Shown in pieces: positions 60,316-64,000 of a DNA stretch of 64,000 bases. Origin of the DNA: an uncultured delta proteobacterium (GTDB taxonomy: Bacteria; Desulfobacterota; Binatia; JACPRU01). Location of the stretch: NCBI GenBank assembly GCA_963745025.1, contig CAVUWD010000011.1:288001-352000 (forward strand). The letters are read 5' to 3'. The notes beneath the pieces are model-generated. The model saw only the letters and a program-made list of their open reading frames with translations, searched no databases and had not been told where the DNA came from. Position 1 is the first letter of the stretch. Each line of letters starts with the position of its first letter. The position numbers and the translations under genes were made by a program.

Positions 60316-60936
60316 CTGTCATCTCCTTCCGTCGCTTGTGATGATCGGCGTCAACTCCGGCCGTGTACCTCTCCGAGGACAAGGACGCGAACCGAAGGTC
60401 AAGCCGGATTTCTGGCTCCGGCGGCTGCCCCGTGGAAGGCCGGGCGCACGTCGGCCCCGTGAGAGTCGAGCTCGGCGAGGCGCCGTCGATGAGCTTCCCC
60501 AACGAAGACAACCAGCTGCTTCGCCTCGCAGCTGCGGGTCGAGCTCCCCTCGCGCTCCCGAGCTCGGCGAGCCTCGAGCGGAGGGGGATCGTCGCCCGTA
60601 CACCTCCGAAGGGAGCGACGGAGTCGCATACGATCGCGCTCGGCTTGTAGAAATATTCCTCGAGAAAGTGGTCGAGGAGATTGGGGCCCGAGGAGCGTCA
60701 TCCCCCGATCGCGAGGTCGTCAAGATTTCGAAGTCGGGAAGGTCTCCACCGGAACTCCGAACGATGCGGCGAACGGGCGTACAAAGTCGGACAATTGGGG
60801 TCTTCAGCTCTTTCGGATGAGTAAATTTAGGTACCCGTAAGGATCTGAAATTATAGTGTTTTCTGGCCACCAAGCACGTTAGACTTCCACTGGTATGGGG
60901 TATGCTCTGTGTCGTCCGAAGATGGCCGGTTAAGTT

Positions 60937-62908
60937 ATGGAAATCGTTCATAGCGATGAGGACCCGAGAGAAGAAGGCAAACCCTCGTCGCCTCTCTCTG
61001 AGGCCGGCTCCATCGAAGAGCTGAGGAGGCTCTTCGACCCCGCGCCTTTTGCCGTGCTCGCAGTCGGGCCCAAGGGGCTCATCGAATACGTCAATCGGCG
61101 TCACTGCGAGATCTTCACGCATCCGCGGGATTATTATCGCGGGCAAGGATTTCCGCGCGACGTTCGGCCCGGCCCTCGCAACGGCCGGTCTGCTCGAGCG
61201 GTACGACCGCCTGGTCGAGCGAGGAGAAGCGTTCCATGCGACAAGGCTGGATTTCGGGAGCCGCGCCGACGACGCCAGCCTTGCGGTGAGTATGCGCGGC
61301 TATCGGACGGGTCGATGGATCCTCATCGTATCGGTCCTCGAGCGGGTAGTTGATGACCAGCAAGCGCGTTATCTGCAGCTTTTCGAGAACGCCAACGATG
61401 GCGTCTTCATCCTCTCGCGAGACGGGCGGTTCACCGCAGTCAATCGAAGATTCTCCGAGATGGTCGGGGTGCCGATCCCGGAGCTGATCGGTAAGACCAC
61501 CGAGATCTTTCTTCCGGGACGCTTCGGGCAATCGCTCGATCGGCTGGAGCGGATCTTGCGTGAGGGACGCCTCGGCCCCTACGAACTGGAGATCTTCACG
61601 CCGAAGGGCGTGCAGTTCGTCTCGCTGAACGGGTTCGCGCTCGTCGAGGAGGGGAAGCCCGTCGGGGTGATGAGCATCGCCCGGGACACTACCGAGGAGC
61701 ACCGGCGCGCGGAGGAACTTCGGGAGGCTCGCGATAAGGCTCTCGAATCTTCACGTCTCAAGACCTCCTTCTTGGCCAACGTCAGTCACGAGATCCGCAC
61801 TCCACTCAACGTCATGCTCGGCTACGGATCGTTGCTTGCCGACCTCGCCGGAGATACCGGCAACGCGGACCAGGTCGAAATCGTCCAACACATGCGGCGC
61901 GCGGGAGAGCGCTTGGAGGAGACCATTGATTCGATTCTGGACATCTCGAAGATCGAGTCCGGCTCCTTCGACGTGCGCCCGGAACGCGTAGAGCTCGCCG
62001 CGGCGATCGAGCGCCAGATCAGCGACTTCCAGCCGATGGCGCGTGCCAAAGGACTGGCTCTTTCCTTCACAATCGGCGACCCGAGTGCGGCAGTGATCTT
62101 CGACCCGTACTGTCTCGACACCGCGCTCATGAATCTATTGGCCAACGCCATCAAGTTCACGCCGAACGGCGATGTGCACGTGGAGCTGGCACGCGACTCG
62201 GACCGGCATCTCTGCCTGCATGTGCGCGACACGGGGGTCGGAATCGACGCTGATTTCCTTCCTCGGCTCTGCGAGCCATTCGCGCAAGAGGACAGCGGCT
62301 TCACCCGGCGATTCGACGGTGTGGGGCTGGGGCTTGCCTTGACGAAGAGGTATCTCGAGCTGAACGGCGCGCGCCTCTCGGCCAAGAGCCAGAAGGGCCT
62401 CGGCTCGCTTTTCACGATTCATTTCACAACCGAGATCGCGCTTCCTCGACCCGCCGACGTGAGCCCCGCCAGCTCCGCGGGACCAGTCGACTTCTCTACC
62501 GACCTCACGCGGTTGCGGGTACTCGTCGTTGAGGACGACGAACAGACCAGGAACTACATGAACATCATGCTCGGCAAGTCTCGCGAGCTTTCGCTCGCCG
62601 CAAGCGCGGACGAGGCCCTGCTCGTGTTGGCGGCCCGTCAGGTGGACATCGTGCTGATGGACATCTCACTCAAAGGACGTGAGGACGGCCTGGCACTGAC
62701 CAGACGGCTTCGCAGCGATCCCGGGTTGAAGAATCTGGCGATCATAGCGCTCACCGCTCACGCGTTTCCCGAGGATCGGCGTGCCGCGCTCGCGGCGGGT
62801 TGCGACGACTACCTGGCGAAGCCGTTCACCCCCCGCGACCTCATGGCGAAGATCGCGGCCGTGCTTCCGAACGAGGAGATCGAACGCCGGATCTCCGCCC
62901 CGGCATAG
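60937..62908 (+). CDS. PAS-domain hybrid histidine kinase/response regulator; one frameshift near 61141
   Basis: PAS LFENANDG, SHEIRTPL, NLLANAIKFT, DTGVG, GLGL, receiver VLMDISL...YLAKP; N-terminus in ORF 60937. Confidence 0.92.
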
Positions 62909-63094
62909 GGGAGCGCGTTTCGGATCGCCGTCGTATCGCTGTTCATCCGGAAAAACATCTCCGAGGGAGGTCGCGTCGCGGGGAGGAGTAGAAGTTTCGC
63001 GGGCTGTATGGCTGCTCGGCGGCGAGAAATAGGGCTACGCCGAACGGCCACGAGCACGATCGTCGCCGTGTCTCCCGTCGGACCGCGATCGGCG

Positions 63095-63886
63095 TCACTT
63101 ACTTGTGACGACCGCGTCCTCGACGATGATCGCGTACTTGTAACCAAAGCCGAAATCCCTGTCGACGCCGAGCTTACCCCGCGCGAGCACCGTGTCGCCG
63201 ATGTTGGCAACCGTGCTCGTCGTCACGGTCAGGTCGTTGGTGTCCGCGTCGCCGCTTCCGTCACGGATGTGAATCCAGTTCTTGCCCATGACGCCCGTCG
63301 TCACCTTGACGACCTTGCCGCGCACCGACACTTCCTTGCCGGCGAGGCCGCTCTTGTCGGCGTAGAGCTCGGCCACGCGGTAGCCGCCTTCGGCCTTCGC
63401 GACGTTCGAGAGGTCCACGGCGCCAACCGACGAGGCCGGCGAACCATGGCCGCTCGGCGCGCTCGAGGCGTTCGCGGTAGGCTTGCCTGCCGAATCGCCC
63501 CGGGTGACCTCGATCCTATCGACGAAGTAGACGACGTCGAACGTCCGCTCCAGCGTTTTGCTGTGGAAGTTGGGCATCGGAACACCTGCGGACAGCACCA
63601 CCTGTTCGCCGACGGCGACCGTCAGTTCCGGCGCGGCGGCCCAGACTTTCGCTGCGCCATCATCGACGAGCACGTAGGTATAGCCGCCCGAGTTCATCGT
63701 CTCGACGACTCTTCCCCTCCTGGGCGCCGACTTGCCTGCCCCGGTGCCACCCGTCGCAGCGGCCTCCGTTGCGGAAGCTTCCGAGGCGAGCACCACGGCC
63801 CCGGCCTGCCCGTCGTCACGCGCGCGGCCGGCAAGGACGATCGCGGCCATTCCGACCGCCGCGATCGAGAGGATGGGGTGTCTCAC
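63095..63886 (-). CDS. Exported OB-fold protein (NrfJ-like)
   Basis: Signal-like N-terminus; ETMNSGGYTY..WAAAP...FHSKTLERTF; GKVVK...MGKNWIHI.DG; DFGFGYKY. Confidence 0.75.
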   Translation of the reverse strand: MRHPILSIAAVGMAAIVLAGRARDDGQAGAVVLASEASATEAAATGGTGAGKSAPRRGRVVETMNSGGYTYVLVDDGAAKVWAAAPELTVAVGEQVVLSAGVPMPNFHSKTLERTFDVVYFVDRIEVTRGDSAGKPTANASSAPSGHGSPASSVGAVDLSNVAKAEGGYRVAELYADKSGLAGKEVSVRGKVVKVTTGVMGKNWIHIRDGSGDADTNDLTVTTSTVANIGDTVLARGKLGVDRDFGFGYKYAIIVEDAVVTSK

Positions 63887-64000
63887 AGCAGTTCCTCCTT
63901 GTCACGCATCATGCCGCTTCTCCAATTTGCATACCATGCAGACGATGCGTCGGTTTCGCAAGCAGCGCCCTCGGTCGGACCAAATGACGAAAGCCTGTTT

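Noticed and set aside
1-64000. CRISPR arrays, tRNA/rRNA, transposases, integrases, phage genes
   Set aside because: No regularly spaced repeats, cloverleaf/rRNA signatures or recombinase motifs were recognised by eye; a covariance-model search was not possible.

Overview
High-GC bacterial genomic window. The gene content (LLM and F420-type oxidoreductases, crotonases, family III CoA-transferase, EthD, amidase) suggests an uncultured Binatia/Deltaproteobacteria-like organism, but this is inference only. (1) 1-9.3 kb is housekeeping: O-methyltransferase 3' end, folE, thrB, nth, glpD, queE, glycerate kinase, Yip1-like protein, DksA/TraR, rimO. (2) 9.3-27 kb holds scattered catabolic genes mixed with many short gene remnants. 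(3) 27.3-35.2 kb is an acetone-carboxylase-like acxABC operon followed on the same strand by a FadB-type enzyme and an acetoacetate-decarboxylase-family gene. (4) 36.1-54.3 kb is the most striking part, a biosynthetic-type cluster I cannot match to a described pathway. It encodes an HprK-like kinase, an APH kinase, a GT1 glycosyltransferase, a stand-alone adenylation enzyme lacking the amine-binding Asp, a carrier protein, a Rieske oxygenase, a nucleotidyltransferase, an SDR, a HemN-like radical SAM enzyme and two GT-C-like membrane proteins. It is present as two tandem copies with reciprocal, complementary deletions. (5) 54.5-64 kb contains a di-heme DHOR protein, an FAH hydrolase, two crotonases, an ABM protein, a hybrid histidine kinase and an exported OB-fold protein. 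Clustered single-base frameshifts (16.4-17.4 kb, 48.9-51.3 kb, 61.1 kb) look like long-read consensus errors. I recognised no rRNA, tRNA, CRISPR array or transposase.
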